A stretch of DNA of 32,000 bases from contig NZ_LN831039.1 of the NCBI RefSeq assembly GCF_001457595.1, forward strand, positions 2,460,001 to 2,492,000. The letters are read 5' to 3'. The translations under genes were made by a program, and so were the position numbers. How positions within the stretch are numbered: the stretch's first letter is position 1; each line of letters starts with the position of its first letter. Below, piece by piece: positions 9,556 through 21,483 of this stretch. The DNA comes from Mycolicibacterium smegmatis. Lineage in GTDB: Bacteria; Actinomycetota; Actinomycetes; Mycobacteriales; Mycobacteriaceae. The notes under the pieces were generated by a model. That model saw only the letters and a list, made by a program, of their open reading frames with translations. It was not told the DNA's origin and ran no database searches.

Positions 9556-10605
9556 TCAGCTACGCAGCGACGCGGTGTCGATCACGAAGCGGTAGCGCAC
9601 ATCGCTGGCCAGGACGCGCTCGTAGGCCTCGTTGATGTAGTCGGGGGTGATGATCTCGATCTCCGGCCGGACGTCGTGCTCGGCGCAGAAGTCGAGCATC
9701 TCCTGGGTCTCGGGGATGCCGCCGATCATCGAACCGGTGAGGTTGCGTCGCTGAGCGAGCAGCGGGAACGCCGGGACCTCCATGGGGTGCTCGGGCAGGC
9801 CGAGTTCGACGAGCGCGCCGTCGAGCTTGAGCAGGCCCAGGTAGGCACCGAGGTCCAGGTTCGCCGACACGGTGTTGAGGATCAGGTCGAACGACCCGGC
9901 GAGCTTGTCGAACGTCTCCGGATCGGACGTCGCGTAGTAGGCCGAGGCGCCCAGGCGCAGGCCGTCTTCCATCTTCTTCAGCGACTGGCTGAGCACCGTG
10001 ACATCGGCGCCCATCGCCTTGGCGAGCTTGACGGCCACGTGGCCGAGGCCGCCGAGCCCGATGACGGCGACCTTCTTGCCGGGGCCGGCATTCCAGTGCC
10101 GCAGCGGGGAATAGGTGGTGATGCCCGCACACAGCAGGGGAGCGGCCGCGTCGAGCGGAAGGCTGTCGGGGATGCGCAGCACGTAGTTCTCGTCGACCAC
10201 GATGGCGCCGCTGTAACCGCCGTGGGTCGGGGTGCCGTCGCGGTCGATCGCGTTGTAGGTGCCGACCATGCCGGTGCCGGTGCAGTACTGCTCCAGGCCG
10301 GCCTTGCAGTTGTCGCACTCTCGGCAGGAGTCGACGAAGCAGCCGACGCCGACGCGGTCGCCGACCTTGTACTTGGTGACCTCCGAGCCCACCTCGGTGA
10401 CCACGCCGGCGATCTCGTGACCGGGGACCACGGGGTAGTTCGGGACGCCCCACTCGGCCTTGACGGTGTGGATGTCGGAGTGACAGATGCCTGCGAAGTG
10501 GATGTCGAACGCAACATCGTGCGGACCCACGGCGCGACGGGTGATGGTGGTCTTGGTCAGTGGTTCGGTCGCCGAGGTGGCGGCATACGCGGAAACGGTA
10601 CTCAT
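9556..10605 (-). CDS. adhC: Zinc-containing, NADP-dependent alcohol dehydrogenase (AdhC/CAD family; Rv3045-like)
   Basis: 349 aa. [48 protein letters not shown] structural Zn site, [22 protein letters not shown] Rossmann fold. Confidence 0.95.
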   Translation of the reverse strand: MSTVSAYAATSATEPLTKTTITRRAVGPHDVAFDIHFAGICHSDIHTVKAEWGVPNYPVVPGHEIAGVVTEVGSEVTKYKVGDRVGVGCFVDSCRECDNCKAGLEQYCTGTGMVGTYNAIDRDGTPTHGGYSGAIVVDENYVLRIPDSLPLDAAAPLLCAGITTYSPLRHWNAGPGKKVAVIGLGGLGHVAVKLAKAMGADVTVLSQSLKKMEDGLRLGASAYYATSDPETFDKLAGSFDLILNTVSANLDLGAYLGLLKLDGALVELGLPEHPMEVPAFPLLAQRRNLTGSMIGGIPETQEMLDFCAEHDVRPEIEIITPDYINEAYERVLASDVRYRFVIDTASLRS

Positions 10606-10792
10606 GACAGACCTCTTATCGTCGATTCTTCATTACTGCCCGGGACGTTAGTCCAGTTCACGGGTGTCCGCCGCGCGCATCACGTCGCGCGGCACAACAG
10701 AGTGCAACTGAGATTGACGGCGCGGTAATCCCGATATCGACTGTGACGGTGCTCCCTGTCAGGGGCCTGAGAGTCCGCTCCGAGTCGGCCGT

Positions 10793-11068
10793 CTAGAGAC
10801 CGGGTGCGCGGATCGAACCGTTGAACGAGACGCGCTCGTAGCTCACCAGGCCGGCCTGCGAGTAGGGATCGGCTTCGGTGAGCGCCTGCGCGTCCTCGAC
10901 GCTGATGTCGCCGGTGATCAGCACACCGCCGGTCTGCGATTCCTGCCGGCCTGCCAGCAGGATGCGTCCGGCGGCGACCTCGTCGTTCAGCCACGCCACG
11001 TGGGCGGGGCGGGTCTGGTCGACGACGTCGAGCGGTTTCAGGTACGTGAGCGTGAGGACGTGGAACAC
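10793..11068 (-). CDS. YCII-family small protein
   Basis: 91 aa MFHVLTLTYLKPLDVVDQTRPAHVAWLNDEVAAGRILLAGRQESQTGGVLITGDISVEDAQALTEADPYSQAGLVSYERVSF. Matches the YCII/dimeric ferredoxin-like pattern. It starts 10 bp after the fecB stop. Confidence 0.85.
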   Translation of the reverse strand: MFHVLTLTYLKPLDVVDQTRPAHVAWLNDEVAAGRILLAGRQESQTGGVLITGDISVEDAQALTEADPYSQAGLVSYERVSFNGSIRAPGL

Positions 11069-11077
11069 CCTGTGAGA

Positions 11078-12151
11078 CTAGTTGATCGGTGCGTTGACCC
11101 AGCGCAGGTCGTCCAGGATCCCGCGAGCGGCCACGATGTTCTGCCCGGTCTGCCACACCTCGTTGTTGACGACGAACACCCGGTTGTCGCGGTTGGCCGA
11201 CAGTTTCCGCCAGGCGTCACCCTTGAGGACCGCGTCGGCCTTGTCCCGCGCGGCCGGTGAGGCGAACGACACGTAGACGATGTCGGCGTCGGCGATCGAG
11301 AAGTCGTCGCTGTCGGCCGGGATCTCCTCATAGGGCTTGTCGGTGAACCGTTGTGCGGCAGGACGATCCAGGCCCACGGCCGCGAGCACGTCGCCCGGGA
11401 AGTTGTCGGCGCCGAACACCCGCACGGTGTTCTCGGTCAGCTGCACCACCGACGCCTGGAAGTGGGCCGCGTCGTTGTCCTCACCGGTCTTGCGGGCGGC
11501 GTCCTCGAACCCGGCGATGAGATCGTCGGCCGCGCCCGCGCGCCCGGTCGCGGCGCCCACGGCGCGTAGCGTGTCGCGCCAGGCCGCGCCGGGCGTCCCG
11601 GTGAACACCGTCGGGGCGATGTCCGACAGTTCACCGAACGCACCGGGCGTCAGCGCGGCCGAACCGAGGATCAGGTCCGGATCCGCGGCCCTGATCGCCG
11701 CGACGTCCGGTGCTGCGCGGTCACCGGCGGGAGGGACGTCGTGCACGACGGTGCCCAAATACGACGGCTGCGCGTCCGAACCGTCGGGCAGCGCCGCGGC
11801 GACGATGCGCGACTGCAGGCCCAGCGCGCACAGCGCGTCGAGTTGGTCGCCCGACAACACGACGATGCGCTGGGGGTCGCCGGCGACCTCGGTGGTCTCG
11901 GCGATGTCGGCGCCGTCGGCCGTCGCGTTGCGGACACGCCGCGGGGCCGGGTCGGCCGCCACGGGCTCGGGTGCGCACGATTCGTCGGGCCTGCGCTGGT
12001 TGCCGAGGACACCCGCGTCGGCGATCTTGGTCACGCTGGTCGTCATGGACGGCTGCGTCACGGGCTGTTCGCCGGAGGTACCGCAGCCACTGATCAGTGA
12101 CGCGGCCGCGGCGATCAGCGCCGTCCCCACCAGCGGTCGGAAGGTCAGCAC
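11078..12151 (-). CDS. fecB: Periplasmic siderophore-binding-like lipoprotein (ABC substrate-binding, Rv3044-like)
   Basis: From GTG 12151: VLTFRPLVGTALIAAAASLISGCGTSG lipobox, then QRIVVLSGDQLDALCALGLQSRIVAAAL...APTVFTGTPGA...LSANRDNRVFVVNNEVWQTG...LRWVNAPIN, highly similar to remembered mycobacterial FecB. Confidence 0.93.
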   Translation of the reverse strand: MLTFRPLVGTALIAAAASLISGCGTSGEQPVTQPSMTTSVTKIADAGVLGNQRRPDESCAPEPVAADPAPRRVRNATADGADIAETTEVAGDPQRIVVLSGDQLDALCALGLQSRIVAAALPDGSDAQPSYLGTVVHDVPPAGDRAAPDVAAIRAADPDLILGSAALTPGAFGELSDIAPTVFTGTPGAAWRDTLRAVGAATGRAGAADDLIAGFEDAARKTGEDNDAAHFQASVVQLTENTVRVFGADNFPGDVLAAVGLDRPAAQRFTDKPYEEIPADSDDFSIADADIVYVSFASPAARDKADAVLKGDAWRKLSANRDNRVFVVNNEVWQTGQNIVAARGILDDLRWVNAPIN

Positions 12152-12279
12152 CGGGCGACGGTAACATTCAGTAACTTTCCGCGCCGTCGCGTCCCGGCTG
12201 CGTGTGCGTTTCCTGCAGGTCAGCGCAGTGGCCGAGACGCCGCACGCCGTGGCCGCACGCCGAATACGACGGTTTGTAG

Positions 12280-14088
<1,809 letters not shown>

Positions 14089-14133
14089 CGCCTTCGCGCC
14101 AACTGGGTGAACAACTGAGAAGGTGACCTGTAG

Positions 14134-15375
<1,242 letters not shown>

Positions 15376-15490
15376 CCGAGATTCGCCTTTCTTTTGCTGA
15401 CGGTGCGCGTGCGCGCTGATGGCGCGGCTTCGGTGGTTTGCGGGTTCGATGAACGCCCTTGCGCGTGCCGTGACCGTCGCAGCGGTGCCG

Positions 15491-15496
15491 TAGGGT
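15491..15496 (+). promoter_or_regulatory. Candidate -10 (TAGGGT) positioned for a leaderless mRNA at GTG 15503
   Basis: TAGGGT-GAGTTC-GTG, with 6 nt between the -10 and the start codon and no SD. Confidence 0.35.
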
Positions 15497-15502
15497 GAGT
15501 TC

Positions 15503-15796
15503 GTGATTACGGTGAAGCATGCGGTCGTGATCGGCGCGTTCGCAGTCGCGGCGGTCGCCGGACAACTGGCGGTCGCGGCTCCAGCCGAGGCCAAACGGTG
15601 CCCGGCGGGCACCGTGGAGAAGTTCGAGGGCGTGTGCATCAAAGGCTCGGGCGGCGGCAGCGTGGCGCCTCCGGTGATGGCGCCCAGCGCGGGCGGCGCG
15701 AAAATCCAGAACCTGCCGGGCCAGTTGCCGAGCGTCAACGGCGTGCCGTGCACCATCGAGCACTACGGCACGTGCCTCGCGATGACCCAGCCCTAG
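15503..15796 (+). CDS. Small exported protein with four cysteines, function unknown
   Basis: 97 aa. Signal peptide VITVKHAVVIGAFAVAAVAGQLAVAAPAEA, then KRCPAGTVEKFEGVCIKGSGGGSVAPPVMAPSAGGAKIQNLPGQLPSVNGVPCTIEHYGTCLAMTQP. Confidence 0.7.
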   Translation: MITVKHAVVIGAFAVAAVAGQLAVAAPAEAKRCPAGTVEKFEGVCIKGSGGGSVAPPVMAPSAGGAKIQNLPGQLPSVNGVPCTIEHYGTCLAMTQP

Positions 15797-15797
15797 A

Positions 15798-17237
15798 TCA
15801 GACCACCAGCGCCTGACTCTGTGGCCCGATCGTGCCCGTGATGCTGTGCCACGCGCGCGCCAGCAGTTCGACGGCCTCGGCGAGTTGGGGCTCGGGCAGG
15901 GCGTAGGGCACGCGCACGAAGCGCTCCAGTGTGCCGTCGACCCCGAACCGCGGACCCGCCGGCAGATCGACGCCCATACGTGATGCCGCGGCTGCCAGCG
16001 CCGTGCTCATCGGGGCGGGCAACCGCACCCACAGCGACATCCCGCCGCGGCCGGGCCCTGGCTGCCAGTCCGGCAGGTGTTCGGCGAGCAGCGACACCAG
16101 GGCCTGTCTGCGCGTGCGCAGCAGTTCCCGGCGCTCGCGCAGGATCTGTTCGCGCATCGCCAACAGCCGCGCGGCGGTGAGCTGTTCGAGGACCGGCGTG
16201 CCCAGATCCACCGACGGCCGGATCGCGGCGATCGTGGCCAGCGTGCTGCGCTCGGCGCGGATCCAGCCCACCCGCAGACCGCCCCAGAACGACTTGGACA
16301 TCGAACCGATCGTCAACACCAGATCGTGGCGGCCGACGGATGCGGCGAGCGGCTCGGGTGGTGCGTGGTCGACCCACATGTCGGCGATCGACTCGTCGAT
16401 GATGGTGCGCGTCCGGGTGTCGGAGATGATCTGTCCCAACCGCTTTCGGTCGTCGGGGGCCATCGTGAAACCCGTGGGGTTGTGGTTGTCGGGGATCACG
16501 TAGGCCAGGCTCGGCGCGAGTTGCCGGATGGCGGCGTGGAAGGCGTCGAGTTCCCACCCCGCATCGGTGAGCGCGACCGGTACGGCGCGCGCGCCCGCGG
16601 TCGAGATCGCCGACAGCGCACCGTGATACGTCGGTTGCTCGACGAGTACCCGGTCGCCGGGCTGGGTGTGGGTGGTGAGGATCAGCCCGATCGCGTGTTG
16701 TGCACCGCTGGTCACCATGATCTGCGACGGATCGGTGGGAAGCCCACGCTGACAATATCTTTCGGCAATGGCCTCGCGCAGCGGCGCGGCGCCCATGAGC
16801 TCGTGGCCCGGGCCCTGCAGGTATGCGGTGACATCCTTGGCCGCCTCGGCGAACGCGTCGAGCACAGCGGTGCTCGGTGCGGCCAGTGCGGCCGCGGCCA
16901 GGTTCACCGACGCCTGGGCGGCCTCGATGCGCACCTCGGGCCGCGCGGGCAGCGCTGTGGTGCTCCGCGCGCCCCGGCGGGCGTGCAGATAGCCGTCCTC
17001 GCGCAGCTTCGAGAAGGCCGCGGTGACCGTGGTGCGCGACACCCGCAGTGCATCGGCCAACGCACGCTCGCTGGGCAGACGCGACCCCACGGGCAGGCGC
17101 CCGTCGACGATGAGCAGGCGGATGGCATCGGCCAGTCCGAGGTACGCCGGTCCAGTTTGACTGGACGTCCGCCAGTTGCCGAGTTCGCGCGCCAAAAGGT
17201 CCACATCCAGCGACCGGGCGACCATGGGGCTACTCAT
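15798..17237 (-). CDS. MocR/PdxR-family regulator: GntR-type wHTH fused to an aminotransferase class I (PLP) domain
   Basis: 480 codons from ATG 17237. N-terminal LADAIRLLIVDGRLPVGSRLPSERALADALRVSRTTVTAAFSKLREDGYL; C-terminal PLP fold with VIPDNHNPTGFTM and LTIGSMSKSFWGGLRVGWIRA (SxSK lysine). The track's ATG-extended start overlaps the opposite-strand genes. Confidence 0.93.
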   Translation of the reverse strand: MSSPMVARSLDVDLLARELGNWRTSSQTGPAYLGLADAIRLLIVDGRLPVGSRLPSERALADALRVSRTTVTAAFSKLREDGYLHARRGARSTTALPARPEVRIEAAQASVNLAAAALAAPSTAVLDAFAEAAKDVTAYLQGPGHELMGAAPLREAIAERYCQRGLPTDPSQIMVTSGAQHAIGLILTTHTQPGDRVLVEQPTYHGALSAISTAGARAVPVALTDAGWELDAFHAAIRQLAPSLAYVIPDNHNPTGFTMAPDDRKRLGQIISDTRTRTIIDESIADMWVDHAPPEPLAASVGRHDLVLTIGSMSKSFWGGLRVGWIRAERSTLATIAAIRPSVDLGTPVLEQLTAARLLAMREQILRERRELLRTRRQALVSLLAEHLPDWQPGPGRGGMSLWVRLPAPMSTALAAAASRMGVDLPAGPRFGVDGTLERFVRVPYALPEPQLAEAVELLARAWHSITGTIGPQSQALVV

Positions 17238-17243
17238 AATGAG

Positions 17244-17263
17244 GCCAGTATCCGCCAACTGGC
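17244..17263. promoter_or_regulatory. Inverted repeat GCCAGT-N8-ACTGGC in the MocR/YczE divergent intergenic region, candidate operator
   Basis: GCCAGTATCCGCCAACTGGC. It lies 7 bp upstream of the MocR start and overlaps a candidate leftward -10 (GATACT). Confidence 0.5.
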
Positions 17264-17300
17264 TATTGAGGAGCAAGCCAGATCTCAAGATCATGGGTAC

Positions 17301-17447
17301 ATGCGTAAGAATTGGCTTTCTCGACTGTCGGTCAAATATCGCCGCGCTTATCAACCGCACCCCCGCACGAGTGCCCGTGACGCGGATGCCCGCCGCGTGC
17401 ACAGCGAACTCGACGCCATCCGCGCGCGATTCCCCGATCACGCGTGA
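17301..17447 (+). CDS. Small ORF (48 aa), hypothetical, upstream of and overlapping the yczE-like gene
   Basis: MRKNWLSRLSVKYRRAYQPHPRTSARDADARRVHSELDAIRARFPDHA, ending with a TGA that overlaps the downstream GTG (GTGA, 17444-17447). Confidence 0.6.
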   Translation: MRKNWLSRLSVKYRRAYQPHPRTSARDADARRVHSELDAIRARFPDHA

Positions 17448-18139
17448 GGACCGCGTTGACGCGCGGTGCGCTGCTTTCCGTCGGACTCGTCGGCTACGGC
17501 ACGTCGATGGCCATGATGGTCCGCGCCGGCCTCGGCCTTGACCCGTGGGACGTCTTCCACCAGGGACTCACCCGCCACACCCCGATGACCATCGGTATGG
17601 CGTCGGCCGTGGTGGGCGTCGTGGTGCTGCTGGCCTGGATCCCGCTGCGCAACCGGCCCGGCATCGGCACCGTCGCCAACGTCATCGTGATCGCGGTGAC
17701 CGTCGACGCGGTGCTCGCGATGCTGCCCGCACCGACGGCGATGCCGGTACGTATCGCGATGATGGTGGGCGCGGTGGTGCTCAACGCGATCAGCACCGTG
17801 CTCTACATCGGCGCCGGTCTCGGTCCCGGGCCGCGCGACGGCCTGATGACCGGCCTCGTGGCGCGTACCGGGCTGTCGGTGCGACTCGTCCGCACGTGCA
17901 TCGAGGCCACCGTGCTGGCCGTCGGATGGCTCATGGGCGGGACCGTCGGTGTGGGAACGGTCCTGTACGCCTTCGGGATCGGCCCGCTGGTGCAGTTGTT
18001 CCTCAGACTCACCCCGCGCCGCATCCTGTTCCACGATTTCGGCGCGCCCGGGCGTAACCGGGCGAGCGGCGAGGACATCACTACGATGAGCGGGTGCCCA
18101 CAACCGGAGAAGACGCAGCCGACAACCCAGACCTGCTGA
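17444..18139 (+). CDS. YczE/YitT-type integral membrane protein
   Basis: GLLSVGLVGYGTSMAMMVRAGLGLDPWDVFHQGLTRHTPMTIGMASAVVG... and GAGLGPGPRDGLMTGL, with multiple TM helices. Members are typically paired divergently with MocR regulators. Confidence 0.88.
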   Translation: MRTALTRGALLSVGLVGYGTSMAMMVRAGLGLDPWDVFHQGLTRHTPMTIGMASAVVGVVVLLAWIPLRNRPGIGTVANVIVIAVTVDAVLAMLPAPTAMPVRIAMMVGAVVLNAISTVLYIGAGLGPGPRDGLMTGLVARTGLSVRLVRTCIEATVLAVGWLMGGTVGVGTVLYAFGIGPLVQLFLRLTPRRILFHDFGAPGRNRASGEDITTMSGCPQPEKTQPTTQTC

Positions 18140-18942
18140 TCGACTTCGCCAGGGTCACCCTGAGGCGCGGGGGCAACACCCTCGTCGGGCCCATCACCTG
18201 GGCTGTCGAACTCGACGAGCGCTGGGTCGTCATCGGTCCCAACGGCGCAGGCAAGACCTCGCTGTTGCGCATCGCCGCGGCGACCGAACACCCGTCGTCG
18301 GGAACCGCCTACGTACTGGGGGAGCGGCTGGGCCGCACCGACATGGCCGAACTGCGTTCGCGCGTCGGCCTGAGCAGCTCGGCTCTGTCGCAACGGATTC
18401 CCGACGACGAGATCGTCCGCGACCTCGTCGTGTCGGCCGGGTACGCGGTGCTCGGGCGGTGGCGCGAGCAGTACGACGACGTCGACTACGAGCAGGCCGT
18501 GAACATGCTCGAAAGCGTCGGCGCCGAGCACCTCGCCGAACGCCGGTACGGCACCCTGTCGGAGGGCGAACGCAAACGCGTCCTGATCGCCCGGTCGCTC
18601 ATGACCGACCCGGAACTCCTGCTGCTCGACGAGCCCGCGGCCGGGCTCGACCTCGGCGGCCGCGAGGACCTCGTGGCCCGTCTCACCGACCTCGCCGCCG
18701 ACCCCGATGCACCGGCCATGGTGCTCGTGACGCACCATGTCGAGGAGATCCCGGTCGGGTTCAGCCACGGCTTGATCCTGTCCGAGGGCAAGGTGGTGGC
18801 CTCCGGCCTGCTCACCGACGTGCTGACGTCCGAGAACCTGTCCAAGGCATTCGGCCAGGCCATCGCCCTCGAGGTGATCGACGGACGGTACTTCGCGCGC
18901 CGGGTGAGGAGCCGGGCAGCGCACAGGAGGCGAAATGACTGA
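18094..18942 (+). CDS. ABC transporter ATP-binding protein (Rv3041c-like)
   Basis: GPNGAGKTSLLRIAAATEHPSSG Walker A, LSEGERKRVLIARSLMTDPELLLLDEPAAGLD signature and Walker B. Overlaps the end of the yczE-like ORF by 46 bp. Confidence 0.93.
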   Translation: MPTTGEDAADNPDLLIDFARVTLRRGGNTLVGPITWAVELDERWVVIGPNGAGKTSLLRIAAATEHPSSGTAYVLGERLGRTDMAELRSRVGLSSSALSQRIPDDEIVRDLVVSAGYAVLGRWREQYDDVDYEQAVNMLESVGAEHLAERRYGTLSEGERKRVLIARSLMTDPELLLLDEPAAGLDLGGREDLVARLTDLAADPDAPAMVLVTHHVEEIPVGFSHGLILSEGKVVASGLLTDVLTSENLSKAFGQAIALEVIDGRYFARRVRSRAAHRRRND

Positions 18943-19756
18943 CGACCCGCTCATCCCGCGGCCCGCCGCGACGGTGATGCTGATCCGCGACGTGCAACGC
19001 TGCGGACGCACGGATCTCGAGGTGTTCCTGATGCGCAGGCACGCCGCGATGGACTTCGTCGCCGGCGTGATGGTGTTCCCGGGCGGTGGCGTCGACGACC
19101 GTGACCGCAACGCCGACATCGCGTGGTACGGACCCGAGCCGTCATGGTGGGCCCAGCGCCTCGGCGTCGACGAAGGACTGGCCGAGGCGCTCGTGTGCGC
19201 CGCGGCGCGTGAGACGTTCGAGGAGTCCGGCGTGCTGTTCGCCGGCCCCCAGAACGGGTCCGGTGACCCCGGCATCATCGCCGACGCGTCGGTGTACGGC
19301 GACGCGCGCGCGGCCCTGGCCAACCACTCGCTGTCGTTCGCCGACTTCCTGCGCGACGAGAAGCTGGTGCTGCGGGCCGACCTGCTGCGGCCGTGGGCCA
19401 ACTGGGTGACGCCCAAAGAGGAGCGCACACGGCGCTACGACACGTATTTCTTCGTCGCGGCCCTCCCGGAGGGCCAGCGCGCCGACGGCGAGAACACCGA
19501 GACCGACCGGGCGTTCTGGTGCACACCGAAAGCCGGGCTCGACGACTTCGAGGCGGGGAACACCTTCCTGCTGCCGCCGACCTGGACGCAACTGGACTCT
19601 CTCGACGGCCGCACGGTGGCCGAGGTACTGGCGGTCGAACGCAAGATCGTGACGATCGAGCCCAGCCTGTCGACCGAGGGCAACAACTGGGAGATCGAAT
19701 ACTTCGACAGCGGGCGCTACAACGCTGCACGCAAGCATCGGTCGCCCGGGCAATGA
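18935..19756 (+). CDS. NUDIX hydrolase-like protein (Rv3040c-like)
   Basis: [25 protein letters not shown]...[19 protein letters not shown], a NUDIX-box-like region. Start overlaps the preceding stop. Confidence 0.88.
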   Translation: MTDDPLIPRPAATVMLIRDVQRCGRTDLEVFLMRRHAAMDFVAGVMVFPGGGVDDRDRNADIAWYGPEPSWWAQRLGVDEGLAEALVCAAARETFEESGVLFAGPQNGSGDPGIIADASVYGDARAALANHSLSFADFLRDEKLVLRADLLRPWANWVTPKEERTRRYDTYFFVAALPEGQRADGENTETDRAFWCTPKAGLDDFEAGNTFLLPPTWTQLDSLDGRTVAEVLAVERKIVTIEPSLSTEGNNWEIEYFDSGRYNAARKHRSPGQ

Positions 19757-20460
19757 ACGAGTTCATCAAGATCGTCCTCGGTTCCGCGCCCGAGCAGACG
19801 GGCGTGGCCACGCTGCTGTTGTCGCGGCCCCCGACGAACGCGCTGACCCGCCAGATGTACCGCGAGATCTCCATCGCCGCGAACGAGCTCGCCCAGCGCG
19901 CCGACGTGTCGTCGGTGATCGTCTACGGCGGCCACGAGATCTTCTGCGCGGGCGACGACATCCCCGAACTGCGCACCCTCGACGCCGAGGAGACCGCGGC
20001 GGCTGACCACGCGCTGCAGCGCTGCATCGAGGCCGTGGCCGCCATCCCCAAACCCACGGTCGCGGCCGTCACCGGGTACGCGCTCGGCAGCGGGATGAAC
20101 CTGGCGCTGGCCGCGGACTGGCGGGTGAGCGGCGACAACGCCAAGTTCGGCGCCACCGAGATCCTGGCGGGGCTGGCACCGCGCGGCGGCGGCGGGGTAC
20201 GCCTGGCGGACGCCATCGGGACCAGCAAGGCCAAGGAGCTCGTGTTCAGCGGCCGGTTCGTCGGCGCCGAGGAAGCGCTCGAGATCGGCCTGGTCGACGA
20301 GATGGTGGCACCCGACCACGTCTACGAGGCCGCGCTCGCGTGGGCCCGCCGGTTCTCCGACCATCCGGTCGACGTGCTGGCCGCCGCGAAAGCCTCCCTC
20401 AACGGGCCGGTCAACTGGCGGGGCCCCCGCCCGACCGATCGGATGGTGGACCGGCCCTGA
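19753..20460 (+). CDS. echA17: Enoyl-CoA hydratase/isomerase family (Rv3039c-like)
   Basis: ATG 19753 overlaps the NUDIX TGA (ATGA). Crotonase motifs: [58 protein letters not shown]. Confidence 0.9.
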   Translation: MNEFIKIVLGSAPEQTGVATLLLSRPPTNALTRQMYREISIAANELAQRADVSSVIVYGGHEIFCAGDDIPELRTLDAEETAAADHALQRCIEAVAAIPKPTVAAVTGYALGSGMNLALAADWRVSGDNAKFGATEILAGLAPRGGGGVRLADAIGTSKAKELVFSGRFVGAEEALEIGLVDEMVAPDHVYEAALAWARRFSDHPVDVLAAAKASLNGPVNWRGPRPTDRMVDRP

Positions 20461-20494
20461 CCGGGACACCGGGGCGGCCATTAGGCTGCCCTGC

Positions 20495-21475
20495 ATGACG
20501 GAAATCAGGGACGCCGCCGACCCGGCTCCGAACCCGCACGCCACGGCCGAAGAGGTCGAAGCCGCGATGCACGACAGCAAGCTGGCTCAGGTCCTCTACC
20601 ACGACTGGGAGGCCGAGACCTACGACGAGAAGTGGTCGATCTCGTACGACCAGCGCTGCATCGACTACGCGCGCGGCCGGTTCGACGCCATCGTGCCCGA
20701 GGACGAGCAGCGCAAACTGCCGTACGACCGGGCCCTCGAGCTGGGCTGCGGCACCGGGTTCTTCCTGCTCAACCTCATCCAGTCCGGCGTGGCGCGTCGC
20801 GGTTCGGTCACCGACCTGTCGCCCGGCATGGTCAAGGTGGCCACCCGCAACGGCCAGTCGCTGGGCCTCGACATCGACGGCCGCGTCGCCGACGCCGAAG
20901 GAATCCCGTACGAGGACGACACGTTCGACCTGGTCGTCGGGCATGCCGTGCTGCACCACATCCCCGACGTCGAACTGTCGCTGCGCGAGGTCGTACGCAT
21001 CCTCAAGCCGGGCGGACGGTTCGTGTTCGCCGGCGAACCCACCACGGTGGGCAACCGGTACGCCCGCGAGCTGTCGACCCTGACGTGGCACGCGACCACG
21101 AACCTGACCAAGCTGCCGTTCCTGAGCGGCTGGCGGCGGCCCCAGGAAGAGCTCGACGAGTCCTCACGCGCGGCCGCCCTCGAGGCCGTCGTCGACCTGC
21201 ACACGTTCGATCCGGCGGACCTGGAGCGCATGGCCACCAACGCCGGTGCGGTCGAGGTGCGCACCGCCAGCGAGGAATTCACCGCCGCCATGCTGGGCTG
21301 GCCGGTCCGCACGTTCGAGGCCGCGGTGCCGCCGGGCCGTCTGGGCTGGGGCTGGGCCAAGTTCGCGTTCAACAGCTGGACCACGCTGAGCTGGGTGGAC
21401 GCCAACGTCTGGCGCAAGGTCGTGCCGAAGGGCTGGTTCTACAACGTCATGGTCACGGGGGTCAAACCCTCCTGA
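20495..21475 (+). CDS. Class I SAM-dependent methyltransferase (Rv3038c-like)
   Basis: ALELGCGTGFFLLNLIQSGVARRGSVTDLSPGMVKVA (motif I), HAVLHHIPDVELSLREVVRILKPGGRFVFAGEP. Confidence 0.92.
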   Translation: MTEIRDAADPAPNPHATAEEVEAAMHDSKLAQVLYHDWEAETYDEKWSISYDQRCIDYARGRFDAIVPEDEQRKLPYDRALELGCGTGFFLLNLIQSGVARRGSVTDLSPGMVKVATRNGQSLGLDIDGRVADAEGIPYEDDTFDLVVGHAVLHHIPDVELSLREVVRILKPGGRFVFAGEPTTVGNRYARELSTLTWHATTNLTKLPFLSGWRRPQEELDESSRAAALEAVVDLHTFDPADLERMATNAGAVEVRTASEEFTAAMLGWPVRTFEAAVPPGRLGWGWAKFAFNSWTTLSWVDANVWRKVVPKGWFYNVMVTGVKPS

Positions 21476-21483
21476 GCCCTGGG

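Noticed and set aside
10671-10692. CCGCGCG-N8-CGCGCGG inverted repeat upstream of adhC
   Set aside because: Built only from alternating GC. Such 7-bp repeats are expected by chance in a high-GC mycobacterial sequence, and there is no supporting promoter context.
16077-17447. 456-aa plus-strand ORF antisense to the MocR gene
   Set aside because: Most of it is a shadow of the MocR coding sequence. Only its last 48 codons (17301-17447) lie outside that gene, and these are reported separately.
17803-19428. 541-aa minus-strand ORF opposite the ABC and NUDIX genes
   Set aside because: Spans several real genes on the other strand with an arginine/serine-rich, domainless translation. Typical high-GC artefact.
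20632-21483. 5' part of the 671-aa plus-strand ORF
   Set aside because: Overlaps the well-supported SAM methyltransferase gene in another frame and has Arg-rich nonsense composition. The real gene most likely starts at GTG 21484.
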